Below are positions 20,409 through 30,527 of a DNA stretch of 64,000 nucleotides, in pieces (position 1 is the first letter of the stretch; each line of letters begins with the position of its first letter). This stretch comes from a virus. Taxonomy: Duplodnaviria; Heunggongvirae; Uroviricota; Caudoviricetes. The stretch lies in the IMG/VR virus record IMGVR_UViG_3300025326_000020; one strand, 5' to 3'. The notes beneath the pieces were generated by a model. That model did no database searches and was not told the origin of the DNA. It saw only the letters and a list, made by a program, of their open reading frames with translations. The position numbers were made by a program, and so were the translations under genes.

Positions 20409-20850
20409 CTATGTTCTTAAGTAGAGAAGCTAAGGTAGTTGCTCCAACAGTGATGGCCTGAACCTTCCAATCCACATGGATGAACACACCACCAGTCAGC
20501 ACACCTAATACTGCCTGAGCAAAGGTTGATAGAACACGTTCTGCGGTGCGCTTCCAGAATGTCTTGGTGAATAGACCATTAACTGGTTCCATCTTGGCCT
20601 CCTTAATAATTGGACCGATGGCTTGAATCTTCTGAACATAACGTGCAAATTCTCCGGCCCCAGGATGTTCACGCCATGTTTCATAGAAAGCAAATCGGGC
20701 ATGGTCCTCGGTCAAACCCCACAGTTGGCTTGGTCTACTGACAAAGTGAATGGTATGATCGTTATGTGATACTTCATGTTGTCGACACCAAACACGGAAG
20801 TGATCATAATTCTTCGCAAAAACGTATGTGTGTTTAGTCATAGTACTCAA
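20308..20850 (-). CDS. hypothetical protein with hydrophobic C-terminal region
   Basis: ORF; overlaps 20088..20408 by 100 nt, so one start may be wrong. Confidence 0.4.
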   Translation of the reverse strand: MSTMTKHTYVFAKNYDHFRVWCRQHEVSHNDHTIHFVSRPSQLWGLTEDHARFAFYETWREHPGAGEFARYVQKIQAIGPIIKEAKMEPVNGLFTKTFWKRTAERVLSTFAQAVLGVLTGGVFIHVDWKVQAITVGATTLASLLKNIVGSQLGGNSADPSWVDTTKEDKNVDKKAEAASN

Positions 20851-21235
20851 CTACTCTTTCAATTATCAGATTAGCGTGTGGCAATCTTGGTCCACCGCCA
20901 TTACTCACTTTGTACCAGCCCTTACCATCTTCATCATAAAGATATGAGATGTGGTTATTGTAGTTGACTTCCACTGCTCGTACTAATTGCCCAACAAGAT
21001 ATCTGGCCCAGTATTGTGGAAACGCATTAGTATCCGCTACTTCTACCAGACATCGTTTTGCAATACAACGTTCGCCGTTCCACCTAGTAGTTGGAAACTC
21101 ACGTGGAATTGGTCGGGGCTGTGGGCACGGTGGAGTTGTGGATTCACCTAAGTGTACCCAACCAAACGCCTTTGTGCGATAGGCAGTTAGGTGACAATTG
21201 CGACATTCTGCTTCTTCATCATGTTCTACGCTCAC
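20834..21235 (-). CDS. hypothetical protein
   Basis: ORF. Confidence 0.4.
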   Translation of the reverse strand: MSVEHDEEAECRNCHLTAYRTKAFGWVHLGESTTPPCPQPRPIPREFPTTRWNGERCIAKRCLVEVADTNAFPQYWARYLVGQLVRAVEVNYNNHISYLYDEDGKGWYKVSNGGGPRLPHANLIIERVVEYYD

Positions 21236-21644
21236 GATTTACCACCAACTTCTCACCATTCCACATCATTCTGCATACCACTTTACTCAGTGATCTGGCA
21301 AGCTCAGCAGTCCAGCCAGAACCATTGGTTCTAGATTTGAAATGTTGAATGCATAGTAGATGAGTACAGGCGTTGGCAATAAGTATATTGCGTTGTCGAT
21401 AACCGTTAGGTTCCCACCGCTTGTTTGCAGGTAGTAATTCTTGCCAGCTGAATCCATGTTCCTTAGCAAGTTCAATGGCTAGCGTATCAATACCAATTGC
21501 ACCGCCAGAAATTACACAGTCAATTCTTTTGTCTGCTTTGATATAAAAATCATTAATGAATGTTCGTGCTACGTCAGTTGCAGTTTCGTCACCATCAAAT
21601 TTGGTGGCCCCCACTACAGCTAGAACAACTCTATTCGTCATCAC
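21219..21644 (-). CDS. SLOG/DprA-like Rossmann-fold protein (DUF2493-like)
   Basis: ISGGAIGIDTLA motif typical of the DprA/LOG/SLOG superfamily. Confidence 0.5.
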   Translation of the reverse strand: MMTNRVVLAVVGATKFDGDETATDVARTFINDFYIKADKRIDCVISGGAIGIDTLAIELAKEHGFSWQELLPANKRWEPNGYRQRNILIANACTHLLCIQHFKSRTNGSGWTAELARSLSKVVCRMMWNGEKLVVNRERRT

Positions 21645-21909
21645 CAGTCCTAGTGGTAATTTGATTATTTATTTGAAAATTGGCCATGTCTAGTAATCCT
21701 TGGATACGATACCAAGGAATGTCGCCATTTGGCATAAACATTGGGTAGCCAGTAGATACCGTGTCATTAGGACCGAGGCGTTCTACCGCAGTTACAATTA
21801 GATAATCACCGAGAATTGCGTTATCAATTCCATAAGCCTGCATACATTGTTGAATGGCATTGTAGATTGCATTGTCGGCTGCTACTTGTTTTTCAGTTCT
21901 ATTGTGCAT
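21631..21909 (-). CDS. hypothetical protein
   Basis: ORF. Confidence 0.4.
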   Translation of the reverse strand: MHNRTEKQVAADNAIYNAIQQCMQAYGIDNAILGDYLIVTAVERLGPNDTVSTGYPMFMPNGDIPWYRIQGLLDMANFQINNQITTRTGDDE

Positions 21910-22180
21910 TCTCTTCCTCGGTCCATGGTACTACATTCACCTTGTGATAGGTTACTAGACAATTAACCAACCAAGTATGAATGGTCTCATTTGGGCAAGT
22001 AGCTATTAATTCACGTCTACCCATCCAATCTTCGGTATAGATTTCTAAACCCTCAACTACTAGTTGCCGTATTGGCGTCATGAACATTTCCTCTCCTATA
22101 TTATAATAATCGGGTCTAGACTGAAGCTTAATAAAGTACTCATTACAGCTCCGACCATCTAGAACCAGTAGAAACATCAA
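21899..22180 (-). CDS. hypothetical protein
   Basis: ORF. Confidence 0.4.
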   Translation of the reverse strand: MMFLLVLDGRSCNEYFIKLQSRPDYYNIGEEMFMTPIRQLVVEGLEIYTEDWMGRRELIATCPNETIHTWLVNCLVTYHKVNVVPWTEEENAQ

Positions 22181-24464
22181 CTACGAATGGAACAAAATCT
22201 GTGAATATTAAACCAGCCGCAACCATTTCTTGCCGTGCAATCTCAATAACTTCTTCTTGATTGGCTCTATTGGTTTCGAAGATAAGAGCATCATGAATTG
22301 TTAGCCGGGTGGTAGCAAGGCTGTGTAGTCGCGGTTGCAGTTTAACAAGAGCGGAGACGCAGATATCACTAGCGATTGATTGTGGTAAAAAGCTGAGGGC
22401 TTCGTTGATAACTTCGGTTCGATTTTGGTCTGTAATAAGCCAGAAGGATCTTTTACGACCAAATGGAGTTGTAAGGTCTTGTCCGTCGAGTACTCTATGC
22501 TTGACAGCAGCTTGCCATGAGATGACGCTCGAAATGCGAGCGTTAAATTCCTGCATAAGAGTTCTAGTCTCTTCAAGCGTAATCTTTGAACCCTGCTGCT
22601 GTAGTTCCAAGGCAATTGCGGCCACTCCTCTACCATAAGCGTTACCATAGAAAATGGATTTCATACTAACACGATTCTCTTTAACCCATTGCCCGGCACC
22701 GTAGATGTCGTTACATAGTTCATCAAAGATATCGCGCTCTGGGTCTCGGAAGATGTTAGCTAAATACTCGTCGTGCGCCAGCGTTGTGATAACGCGACCT
22801 TCCGCTTGCTTGTAATCCAGTTGGATAAGTACATTATCTTCATGTTCAACGGTAAACTGATGCTTAATTCTCTTGTCCCGAACGATGTTTTGCATATTAG
22901 GATTCTTCGACGCAAGGCGACCAGAGGTAGTTCCATGTAGAGTATATGTCGTATAGACTTTCCCTTTGTGAAGTCTTTTTTGAAAGCCCTTGACGTAGGT
23001 ACCATTTAATTTAGTACGACGTCTATGAAGTAAAAGCTGATGGATGAATGTTTTGACTGTGCCATCAGGAATCCTAGCACTAAGAGTTTCAATAACATCG
23101 GCCTGGGTTGTTTTGAGATGTATACCCTGTTCGGTAAACCATCGTAAAATCTGCATGGGCGAACGAGGGTTGAGATCTCTACCAGTAGTTAGAGAAATCT
23201 CAGTCTCTAGTTTATCAAGTTCATCTTGAAGTAGTTGTTGTAATTCTAGACTATAATCAAGATCAAAGCTGATGCCTGCCATTTCCAAATTAACGATTGC
23301 GTTAGCTGCATTAACCAGGAATGCGTGCTGTTGGTGTTCACGTGCATTCATTCTCTTGTTGAACAAATCCCACAGGGTCCGAGTTACGTGCACGTCTTCG
23401 GCATTATATAAATACAATGCAGAACGTGGAGCGGTAGCATAGTTCTTGTGATCTTTCAATAATTTCTTAAATGCTTGCTTCCATGGTGGAGTACCAAGTA
23501 CTTCAATGCCCAACTTCTCTAGGGCATGCAAGCCTGGACGCTCATCCTGAGCATAAGATTGCAGCATGGTATCACCGGCTGCTCTTATGGCACCCATCAA
23601 TGGGAACAGTCCAGCGAGATCGGACTTAATATTATGTCCGACAACTTCCTTGGCAGCAAGTACTTGACCTAATGCTTTTATAACCGAGGCAAATTGTAAA
23701 GCATTATATCCAATGACAATGACCTTGCCAACAGCGTAGGATATACCTATACAAAGTAAGTCCTGTTGATCTGAGTGTTCGTACTCTTCGTCCTTATCGA
23801 ATCCAGTTTCGATGTCGATAACCAATGGACCATCGACTAACCACAAACGTCCGATAGCCTGTAGAGCATTGTCTTCACTATCGACTACTACATATTTTGC
23901 CGGCACCCAGGCGGAAACGTCGTACCTATTTCCGCGAAGCTTGCCAACGTCAGAAACGAACGATGGAAATGCATCCGGCGCGCGAAGACAGTAGGCAGGG
24001 TGCCAGGTTCCAACTACACTAACTTCAGAATTCTCAATGTACGGTTTGGGTGGTCCTATACGTAAGGACGAGATTTTCTTTTTCGGGTCGATTAGCACCG
24101 AGGCTGCGGTACCACCCACGGCTAAAATCTTCTCCACGCCGCTCTCAGCCAGCTCTGCGTCAAGCCTGGGCTTGCAGGCCACGATGGCTGCCTTAGGTGG
24201 ATCATCGTTATTTGCTGGTCTACATAAGCAAATGTTAGTTACCATCACATCTGCCCGACTGTAGCCATGGTGTGTAAGAACCTGGTCCAGCAGTCTACCA
24301 GATGGACCAGTGAACGGTATACCTTTAGCAGCTTCGTACGCGCCAGGTGCTTCACCACATACTGCTAGCTTCGCTCTTGGCTGTGGGTTCTGCGTAGGCA
24401 CGAACGGGGCTTTCTCGAATGGACAAGATTCACAGTTTGCCAATGGGGCTTTAGGTAATCCCAT
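22143..24464 (-). CDS. DNA polymerase I (family A) with N-terminal family-4 UDG-like domain and 3'-5' exonuclease
   Basis: N-terminal GEAPG...GIPFTGPSGRLL (UDG family 4 motifs); DIETG exo motif; DYKQAEGRV, FYGNAYG and IHDALIFE polymerase motifs. Confidence 0.8.
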   Translation of the reverse strand: MGLPKAPLANCESCPFEKAPFVPTQNPQPRAKLAVCGEAPGAYEAAKGIPFTGPSGRLLDQVLTHHGYSRADVMVTNICLCRPANNDDPPKAAIVACKPRLDAELAESGVEKILAVGGTAASVLIDPKKKISSLRIGPPKPYIENSEVSVVGTWHPAYCLRAPDAFPSFVSDVGKLRGNRYDVSAWVPAKYVVVDSEDNALQAIGRLWLVDGPLVIDIETGFDKDEEYEHSDQQDLLCIGISYAVGKVIVIGYNALQFASVIKALGQVLAAKEVVGHNIKSDLAGLFPLMGAIRAAGDTMLQSYAQDERPGLHALEKLGIEVLGTPPWKQAFKKLLKDHKNYATAPRSALYLYNAEDVHVTRTLWDLFNKRMNAREHQQHAFLVNAANAIVNLEMAGISFDLDYSLELQQLLQDELDKLETEISLTTGRDLNPRSPMQILRWFTEQGIHLKTTQADVIETLSARIPDGTVKTFIHQLLLHRRRTKLNGTYVKGFQKRLHKGKVYTTYTLHGTTSGRLASKNPNMQNIVRDKRIKHQFTVEHEDNVLIQLDYKQAEGRVITTLAHDEYLANIFRDPERDIFDELCNDIYGAGQWVKENRVSMKSIFYGNAYGRGVAAIALELQQQGSKITLEETRTLMQEFNARISSVISWQAAVKHRVLDGQDLTTPFGRKRSFWLITDQNRTEVINEALSFLPQSIASDICVSALVKLQPRLHSLATTRLTIHDALIFETNRANQEEVIEIARQEMVAAGLIFTDFVPFVVDVSTGSRWSEL

Positions 24465-24546
24465 TACTATCTCCTAGCATACTGTTCACCCACAGTTGGG
24501 AAATTTAGTGTTGCATATACACCAAATATTGTTAACTCAATTTCCT

Positions 24547-25089
24547 TCATCCACTTTCCCCGTGTTCGAATCTGGCGGATCGAGCTTTATTGTAAGCTAA
24601 TTGTATTACTGGTGACGCTTCTATGTCTTCTCTTAAGTTTAAATCATAATTATGTCCACATCCTAGATATGTTTTCCATCCGGCTCTAACAATATCTACT
24701 CTTCCGCATTCGATGCATGCATTCCATGCATCAAGTAAATCTATGTTGTCATGATTTCTTGGTATGTCTCCAGCAAATATAAAAGCCTTACTTCCGATAG
24801 TATGTTCCTTCACATATGCAAGTTTGTTGTACTCTTCCTGTGTTGGGAGTTCGCCCTTTATTTCTACCCAATATTGGTAGACTGAAAGCCAGAAATCTGG
24901 TAAGTAAAGTCCATATGGTGTTGCGAATCCCTGTGGCTCATATTGCCATTCAATGTGGAGAGTATCAAAAAATACTGCCCAACGTGCTTCTAGTCTTGAC
25001 CTAAATCTACAACCACCATAACTGGTTTCAATTGCCTTAATGGCCATTATTTGTCCAAACCAACAACGTGCATCCAATTCAAGAGCCAT
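24547..25089 (-). CDS. hypothetical protein
   Basis: ORF. Confidence 0.4.
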   Translation of the reverse strand: MALELDARCWFGQIMAIKAIETSYGGCRFRSRLEARWAVFFDTLHIEWQYEPQGFATPYGLYLPDFWLSVYQYWVEIKGELPTQEEYNKLAYVKEHTIGSKAFIFAGDIPRNHDNIDLLDAWNACIECGRVDIVRAGWKTYLGCGHNYDLNLREDIEASPVIQLAYNKARSARFEHGESG

Positions 25090-25171
25090 ATGGAGAAATG
25101 TGTACGGGCACTTCTGTTTCTCAGATTGAGACCAAAATTCACATATAGATTAAGCAAATCCATGGCACTCA

Positions 25172-25429
25172 TTATAGGTTCCAATGAAGTTGCCCTTCAT
25201 GTAGAATACAGTCACAACTTCCGTCAGAAAAGAATCTATGTCCAGTGCAATTATAATGAGGAAAATCACAAGTACAAGGCGGCCCAGGTGCAGGCCATGG
25301 TTCATTACATTCACTTGTTGGTTCGTGATGTTTGTATGATTGACGTACCCGTTTGGGTGCTAATCGTTCTCCACAGTTCTTACACAGACCATAGATCCAT
25401 TCTGTTTTGTTTCCCATAACCGTATCCAA
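25172..25429 (-). CDS. Cys-rich zinc-finger protein
   Basis: CKNCGERL...CTCDFPHYNCTGH. Confidence 0.4.
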   Translation of the reverse strand: MDTVMGNKTEWIYGLCKNCGERLAPKRVRQSYKHHEPTSECNEPWPAPGPPCTCDFPHYNCTGHRFFSDGSCDCILHEGQLHWNL

Positions 25430-25664
25430 AGATAGGATAGATCTTACCGAATAAGAATATCTTGATCATATCAACTACTGCACCTGCGTAGGCAATCGCG
25501 ATAGCTACTGGTGCTAGCAACATAATCAAAAGTTCAAAAACCTCGGCTTGGAAGTCTTGTTTAGATTTCGAATGCTTACTGGTGTGTAGATATCTTCTGT
25601 AATACCTGGTATCTAGATAATCTCCACCAGGCTTGTTAGCTATTGCATGAGTCATACTTGACAT
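25380..25664 (-). CDS. small membrane protein
   Basis: hydrophobic helix; overlaps the neighbouring ORF. Confidence 0.35.
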   Translation of the reverse strand: MSSMTHAIANKPGGDYLDTRYYRRYLHTSKHSKSKQDFQAEVFELLIMLLAPVAIAIAYAGAVVDMIKIFLFGKIYPIFGYGYGKQNRMDLWSV

Positions 25665-25975
25665 TCTTCATCTACCTTTGCTGCGCTAGCACTGTATATT
25701 GTTTCATTGTTGGAGTTAATTTCCACCTCCGCCCAGACCAACATGTTACCATCACAATAATGCTCTACGAGGTCATCTGCTAGCTTGTTGGCAGTGTCGA
25801 CCATATCGAAGGTGGAGTTGTATGTCCTCATTCTTTCCAAGACATACTTCTTCAAGAATGCCGGATCAGTGACAAAAGTATCTAATGGTCCGTGTAACTT
25901 GATCGTAATTAAATACTCTGCTTTAATCGTTTTATGCTTTACTCTAACACCTATATATGACATCTCAAGTCCCAA
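25652..25975 (-). CDS. hypothetical protein
   Basis: ORF. Confidence 0.4.
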   Translation of the reverse strand: MGLEMSYIGVRVKHKTIKAEYLITIKLHGPLDTFVTDPAFLKKYVLERMRTYNSTFDMVDTANKLADDLVEHYCDGNMLVWAEVEINSNNETIYSASAAKVDEECQV

Positions 25976-28178
25976 CGTATCTAGGTTGTCCGGCCAGTTG
26001 AATTACCATGACAAGCCTACGTTGTACGATAGTCGTAAGTAGGAGATCAGCACGTTTGGCATCCAACTTAAACTGTCTCATTATTGCTGATCGGTCAACT
26101 CCAATCTTGTCTGACTTAACTACCATATCAATAATAGCATCCATGGTACGCTCATCTGGACTCTTACCAACACCACTGACAATTTCACTAGCATAAGCGT
26201 GCCAGTGACGTCCGTAGTAAATTGCATGAATAACATCTTCTTCAGTTACAGTTATATTACCACCATCGCGAACTTGTGAGGCCGCGATCAGCATAGCTGC
26301 TTTCATAATAGATTTGGCTAGTCGGTCATATACTGGAGTAAGATGTGGGACACCCGTTTCAAGTGCAGCATTAGTTAATGAGCTTTCTAGTTTGTTATAT
26401 CTAGCCCATGCCTGTGGTGTCATTCGCGCATCAAAGTCTGGTTTGATGTGAGCTTGGGTTTTACCATCTGGCATTAGAATCAGACGCTCACGATTAAAGA
26501 AATCATAGATGTCGAATAGCTCATCTTTAATCTTTTGTTTGTCTTCTAGATTCACCACGGCCGGTGGACCTACAGGTCTAACTCTGGTTGGGTCAGCTAC
26601 GGCGGTAAGAAAGACAAACCGTGGAATGAATCCACTATTGATGTGCTCCTCGGTAAGCAGGTTTTGAGTCTTAGTTTTAATTCCACCAGCAAAGATAATA
26701 AAGACAGGATCATTTACTATGATCTCTTCTTTACGAAGAAGTCGCTTGATGGATTTACCATCATAAAGTTTGGTAAAATGCTCAGCCATACCTGCCATGT
26801 ACTCTTTGTGTGCAATGGCTTCTAGAAGTCCAGTAAACTCATCTCGTAAGTAGATAGATGGACGTCTAGCTCTACTCTTTAATGCTGTTAAAATACCTTC
26901 AGCCGAACCATCGTTTGCCATAATCGCATCTGGATTTATCTCGTAGAGCAAATCCATACCAATATCCATAGCGGTGGTCTTACGTGTCAAGGTGGTATCG
27001 GCAAGCAACATGAACCACATGTTAGGTCTTATGTTGCCGAATGAAGTTGGTAGTTGCACTGCACCAGCAACGATTGAACTAAGAATAATAAACGCGCCAG
27101 CTTGGTGATACTGTGGTGCAGCGTCTGTCAGTGAGGTTGCCCAGTTTATATAGCGTTCAACAAATGTTTCACGTCTTTGCACCATACGGATTTCTTCATC
27201 AGTGATAAAATCTGGAATGACTGTTGATGGTGTTGGTACCATATTGTGAGATTGCATGTGGAGCACAAAAGCTTTATTAACTTCAATCCACAGGGAGCTG
27301 TCTGGTCTGGAGTCGCGAGCATACTTGTTGCATTTTGCGTTCTTGACAATTGCAAAGACTTCGGCTGGAGTCATTCCAGCTTCGACGCAAATGTTAACAA
27401 GCTTCCATTGTTGTTTGCTCCAGTCCTCAACCATTTCTGGTTCTAGTGCATACAATCCGAATGCCTGTGGATTTAGCGTGGTGCGATATCTCTGTAGTAT
27501 TTCTGTTGGTTCTTCTTCTGGTGCATCGCCCAGGACGGGCATTGGGTTAGAAGCAAATTTTAAGGCATCATATTCTGGATAATCAACAAAGTCTTCAGGT
27601 CTATACAGCGCAGAGGTAGTAGTTAATACAACGACTATGGGTGCCGTCGTTAGATCGCCATACTTATAGTTAGGTGTGTATGGAACCCGAAGTAGCTGGG
27701 TTAAATCCCAACCACTACGATCGGCACCATGCTCGGCATGGTAATAAGCGATTCTTCTACTTAACGCTTCAGCCTCAATTGGCACCATGGTTTCTTGCAT
27801 GCGCCAAAGGGCTTGCCATCTTCCTGCGCTGGATTGAACCACAATAGAAGCGGGGACCTGCAACATTTGTGGATTACAGGTGTCTAGATCAGACCACAAT
27901 ACAGTGCACTTAGAAACGTTTTCCTTAATGCGTTTCTTGGTACTTAGTAATTGTGGACAGAAATAAACGTGTGTGAGAGTCTTGGAATTTGTGTCAATAT
28001 CCTCGCACATATCATCCAGTTGCTGTGGGTACTCAAAGTACTTCTCACGCATGGATCGGTCGAGGTGACTTTTATATGCTATGCAAACATAGCCCGTTTC
28101 ATTTCCAAAGACCAGTTTGAAAAAATCCTTGCGCCGCTCTGTTGTGTGTTCTACTGCATCCTGGAAGGTGGAGTACAT
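25965..28178 (-). CDS. DNA primase-polymerase (PrimPol) with C-terminal helicase-like domain
   Basis: N-terminal THVYF and LWSDLD (DxD) primpol motifs; long C-terminal DUF3987-like domain; adjacent to the polymerase. Confidence 0.6.
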   Translation of the reverse strand: MYSTFQDAVEHTTERRKDFFKLVFGNETGYVCIAYKSHLDRSMREKYFEYPQQLDDMCEDIDTNSKTLTHVYFCPQLLSTKKRIKENVSKCTVLWSDLDTCNPQMLQVPASIVVQSSAGRWQALWRMQETMVPIEAEALSRRIAYYHAEHGADRSGWDLTQLLRVPYTPNYKYGDLTTAPIVVVLTTTSALYRPEDFVDYPEYDALKFASNPMPVLGDAPEEEPTEILQRYRTTLNPQAFGLYALEPEMVEDWSKQQWKLVNICVEAGMTPAEVFAIVKNAKCNKYARDSRPDSSLWIEVNKAFVLHMQSHNMVPTPSTVIPDFITDEEIRMVQRRETFVERYINWATSLTDAAPQYHQAGAFIILSSIVAGAVQLPTSFGNIRPNMWFMLLADTTLTRKTTAMDIGMDLLYEINPDAIMANDGSAEGILTALKSRARRPSIYLRDEFTGLLEAIAHKEYMAGMAEHFTKLYDGKSIKRLLRKEEIIVNDPVFIIFAGGIKTKTQNLLTEEHINSGFIPRFVFLTAVADPTRVRPVGPPAVVNLEDKQKIKDELFDIYDFFNRERLILMPDGKTQAHIKPDFDARMTPQAWARYNKLESSLTNAALETGVPHLTPVYDRLAKSIMKAAMLIAASQVRDGGNITVTEEDVIHAIYYGRHWHAYASEIVSGVGKSPDERTMDAIIDMVVKSDKIGVDRSAIMRQFKLDAKRADLLLTTIVQRRLVMVIQLAGQPRYVGT

Positions 28179-28254
28179 AGGCTACCTACCTTTAGGATGG
28201 AATAGACAACGGCCCGTCGTTGACGAGCCGTTGTCTATTGTACTACATCACGGA

Positions 28255-28722
28255 CTATGGAAGAATGCTTGAGGTGGCAGCCTTAGCAGCACCTTGCTTA
28301 TTTGATGTCTTGTATCCCTTAATCTCAAAACGCTCAGGTAGATTAGTACCATCATCTAGCGTCGTTGGAGGGCGCTTAAAGCCCTTAACATTTACTGTCT
28401 TCCCAATGATGTCTTCTAGTGATGGAACCTCAAAGTCACCATCGTTTACGTCATAACCGAGGGCTCGCATCAACTGAGCAAAAGAGTAGAGTGCACCATC
28501 AAAGAGCATTACTGATGCATAGAAGCGCGAACCTGAGAACGCACCATCCTGTACGACTAGCTGTAGCTGCCAGAATGGACGGCCGACGTTCTTACGTCCG
28601 GGCTTTACAGACTTGATTTCGCCTTCAACAATGTTGACTACATACTCACCAGATGGTGGGACCTCACGTACAACGGAGGTAGCCTCTTCTGAGGTAAAAT
28701 TAACCTTCAACGGTGTTGTCAT
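28255..28722 (-). CDS. DUF669-family protein (Sak4 partner)
   Basis: size and position directly downstream of the Sak4-like ATPase. Confidence 0.5.
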   Translation of the reverse strand: MTTPLKVNFTSEEATSVVREVPPSGEYVVNIVEGEIKSVKPGRKNVGRPFWQLQLVVQDGAFSGSRFYASVMLFDGALYSFAQLMRALGYDVNDGDFEVPSLEDIIGKTVNVKGFKRPPTTLDDGTNLPERFEIKGYKTSNKQGAAKAATSSILP

Positions 28723-29461
28723 CGCTTGTCAATCCCCTGACTGCATTCCAGATACTTAACATTGTTGGGTCTTGTATAACCTGTGGTAGTTTGTCTGTGC
28801 GATCCTTGGCCACAATTCCTTCGGTAGCTCCACACAGTAGCATCCGCTTATTTTCGCCGTCAACCTCCTTGGTATACAGATAAGTCACGATATCAAGGAA
28901 GCCAGCAACTTCATCCGCTACTTTTCCTGATAGTGATGGTTTGCGTCGGGTGGCCCCTGTTCTTTTATCTTGGTCTGTTCTAGCTAGTGCCGTAAAGATA
29001 GTGTTTACAGGTAGATCACGGAATGCACGAACAAACTTCCTAGTCTGTTCAATGTTAATGTTCCATTCACGGATGCCGGGGACATCTGCATCACGTTCTT
29101 CATGCTGTTCTACAAGCCTTATCATTACTTGGTCCATCGACATTTTTTGTGTCTCAGTCAGACTGTCGATAACAATGGTGTTGTAGCCATGGCCACCAGC
29201 ATACAACTCATTGTATACTTCACTCATCTTGGCCCAAGTTTTTACACGTACAGATTCCACATTTGGGAATCTTGTCTTAAGCGAAAGAGTACCACCCTCA
29301 ACGTCAATGATTAACACACGACGCATCTCGGGGACCGCATCCGCTGATCCGGTTAATGTGGTTTTACCAGCCCCGGATTCACCATACACAAGCATGTTGA
29401 TGCTTATTGGTTGTTCCGCTACTTTGACAACTGGTAATCCTGCGATGGCAGCTAGAGACAT
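28700..29461 (-). CDS. Sak4-like RecA-fold ATPase (AAA_24)
   Basis: Walker A LVYGESGAGKTTL; Walker B VLIIDVEG. Confidence 0.7.
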   Translation of the reverse strand: MSLAAIAGLPVVKVAEQPISINMLVYGESGAGKTTLTGSADAVPEMRRVLIIDVEGGTLSLKTRFPNVESVRVKTWAKMSEVYNELYAGGHGYNTIVIDSLTETQKMSMDQVMIRLVEQHEERDADVPGIREWNINIEQTRKFVRAFRDLPVNTIFTALARTDQDKRTGATRRKPSLSGKVADEVAGFLDIVTYLYTKEVDGENKRMLLCGATEGIVAKDRTDKLPQVIQDPTMLSIWNAVRGLTSDDNTVEG

Positions 29462-29600
29462 CCAAAATCCTTAATAGGCGTTTTGTCCGAATTGCTACTT
29501 TAATCTTTCACTCTTAGTAGGTAGTCCAGTCTACCATCGCAGGATCTTGTGGCGCAAGAGTCAAGCAATTCAATTCTATCGATCGACCCAATGTCCGATT

Positions 29601-29891
29601 TTACTTAATTTCGTCGTCCGCATCTTCGTCATCATCTTCGTCATCATCTTCGTCTTCATCATAATCATCATCGTCTTCATCTTCAAGTTCAGTGGTAGGT
29701 TCTGTTCCCAAAACTACGTTTGGGTTTTCTTCGACCATTTTGTTGAAGATCTCTGGTTCTTCCATCTTGATATCCTCACCGATTTGATTTAATGGACCAC
29801 ACAGAAATGCATCTAAATCTTTTAGATCAATCTCGTTCTCTTTTAACAGGAGATCTTCCTGCACCTTGTCATCACTGAACAGGTTGCTCAT
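29601..29891 (-). CDS. hypothetical protein with poly-acidic C-terminal tail
   Basis: C-terminal EDEDDDDYDEDEDDDEDDDEDADDE. Confidence 0.5.
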   Translation of the reverse strand: MSNLFSDDKVQEDLLLKENEIDLKDLDAFLCGPLNQIGEDIKMEEPEIFNKMVEENPNVVLGTEPTTELEDEDDDDYDEDEDDDEDDDEDADDEIK

Positions 29892-30015
29892 CTATTGGTT
29901 CCTCTCGTTTGGTTACTTCGATTGGTAGTCTGTGAGCGCAATCGCACCACGTGCCACCACGACAGTTTTTTGGTTTACCATCATGAACAACACCAGTACA
30001 AGCCTTACACACCAT
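29872..30015 (-). CDS. small Cys-rich protein (start trimmed to internal Met to remove the overlap)
   Basis: MVCKACTG...CRGGTWCDCAH. Confidence 0.3.
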   Translation of the reverse strand: MVCKACTGVVHDGKPKNCRGGTWCDCAHRLPIEVTKREEPIDEQPVQ

Positions 30016-30034
30016 AACCGTGCTCCTTAGATTT

Positions 30035-30253
30035 TTATGGGGTTCGCATAACTGGTGGCTTTGTCCCAATTTTATCTCGTATGGATGTGACGTAGTAAGA
30101 CGTACCATCACCTTTTTGATTATCTGGAAGTTTACCAACTCCAATTGACAATTGATGGTGGTCGAAACTTGCTATATCTACACCGCTTGGCAGATTAGCC
30201 AATTTATCCAGTGCATCAGCAATGGAGCGTAGGTCATGAGGATATAGTTGCAC
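30035..30253 (-). CDS. hypothetical protein
   Basis: ORF. Confidence 0.35.
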   Translation of the reverse strand: MQLYPHDLRSIADALDKLANLPSGVDIASFDHHQLSIGVGKLPDNQKGDGTSYYVTSIRDKIGTKPPVMRTP

Positions 30254-30527
30254 TGGTGCCTCTTCTCTTTTTTAAATCATCACTCTGTGCTTTGCAACAT
30301 GTATGGCACCGACATGCATAGTTGTTGTATCCATTTAATCCATGCCTTTTATCGCCATCCTCCAATGTTGTTCGCATTCGATGGTAGAGTCTAAGATAGT
30401 ACTTAGCTGTAGCATGAGCCTCCTTACATCGTACACAACGACACTTGTGATTGTTGTAAGCATTATCGGTACCATGCCGCTCGTCACCATCACCGGGTTT
30501 GATCCGATTTACGACTACTCTTGGCAT
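30234..30527 (-). CDS. protein with two tandem HGxxNxYNNxxCRCxxC zinc motifs
   Basis: HGTDNAYNNHKCRCVRCK and HGLNGYNNYACRCHTCCK. Confidence 0.5.
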   Translation of the reverse strand: MPRVVVNRIKPGDGDERHGTDNAYNNHKCRCVRCKEAHATAKYYLRLYHRMRTTLEDGDKRHGLNGYNNYACRCHTCCKAQSDDLKKRRGTSATISS

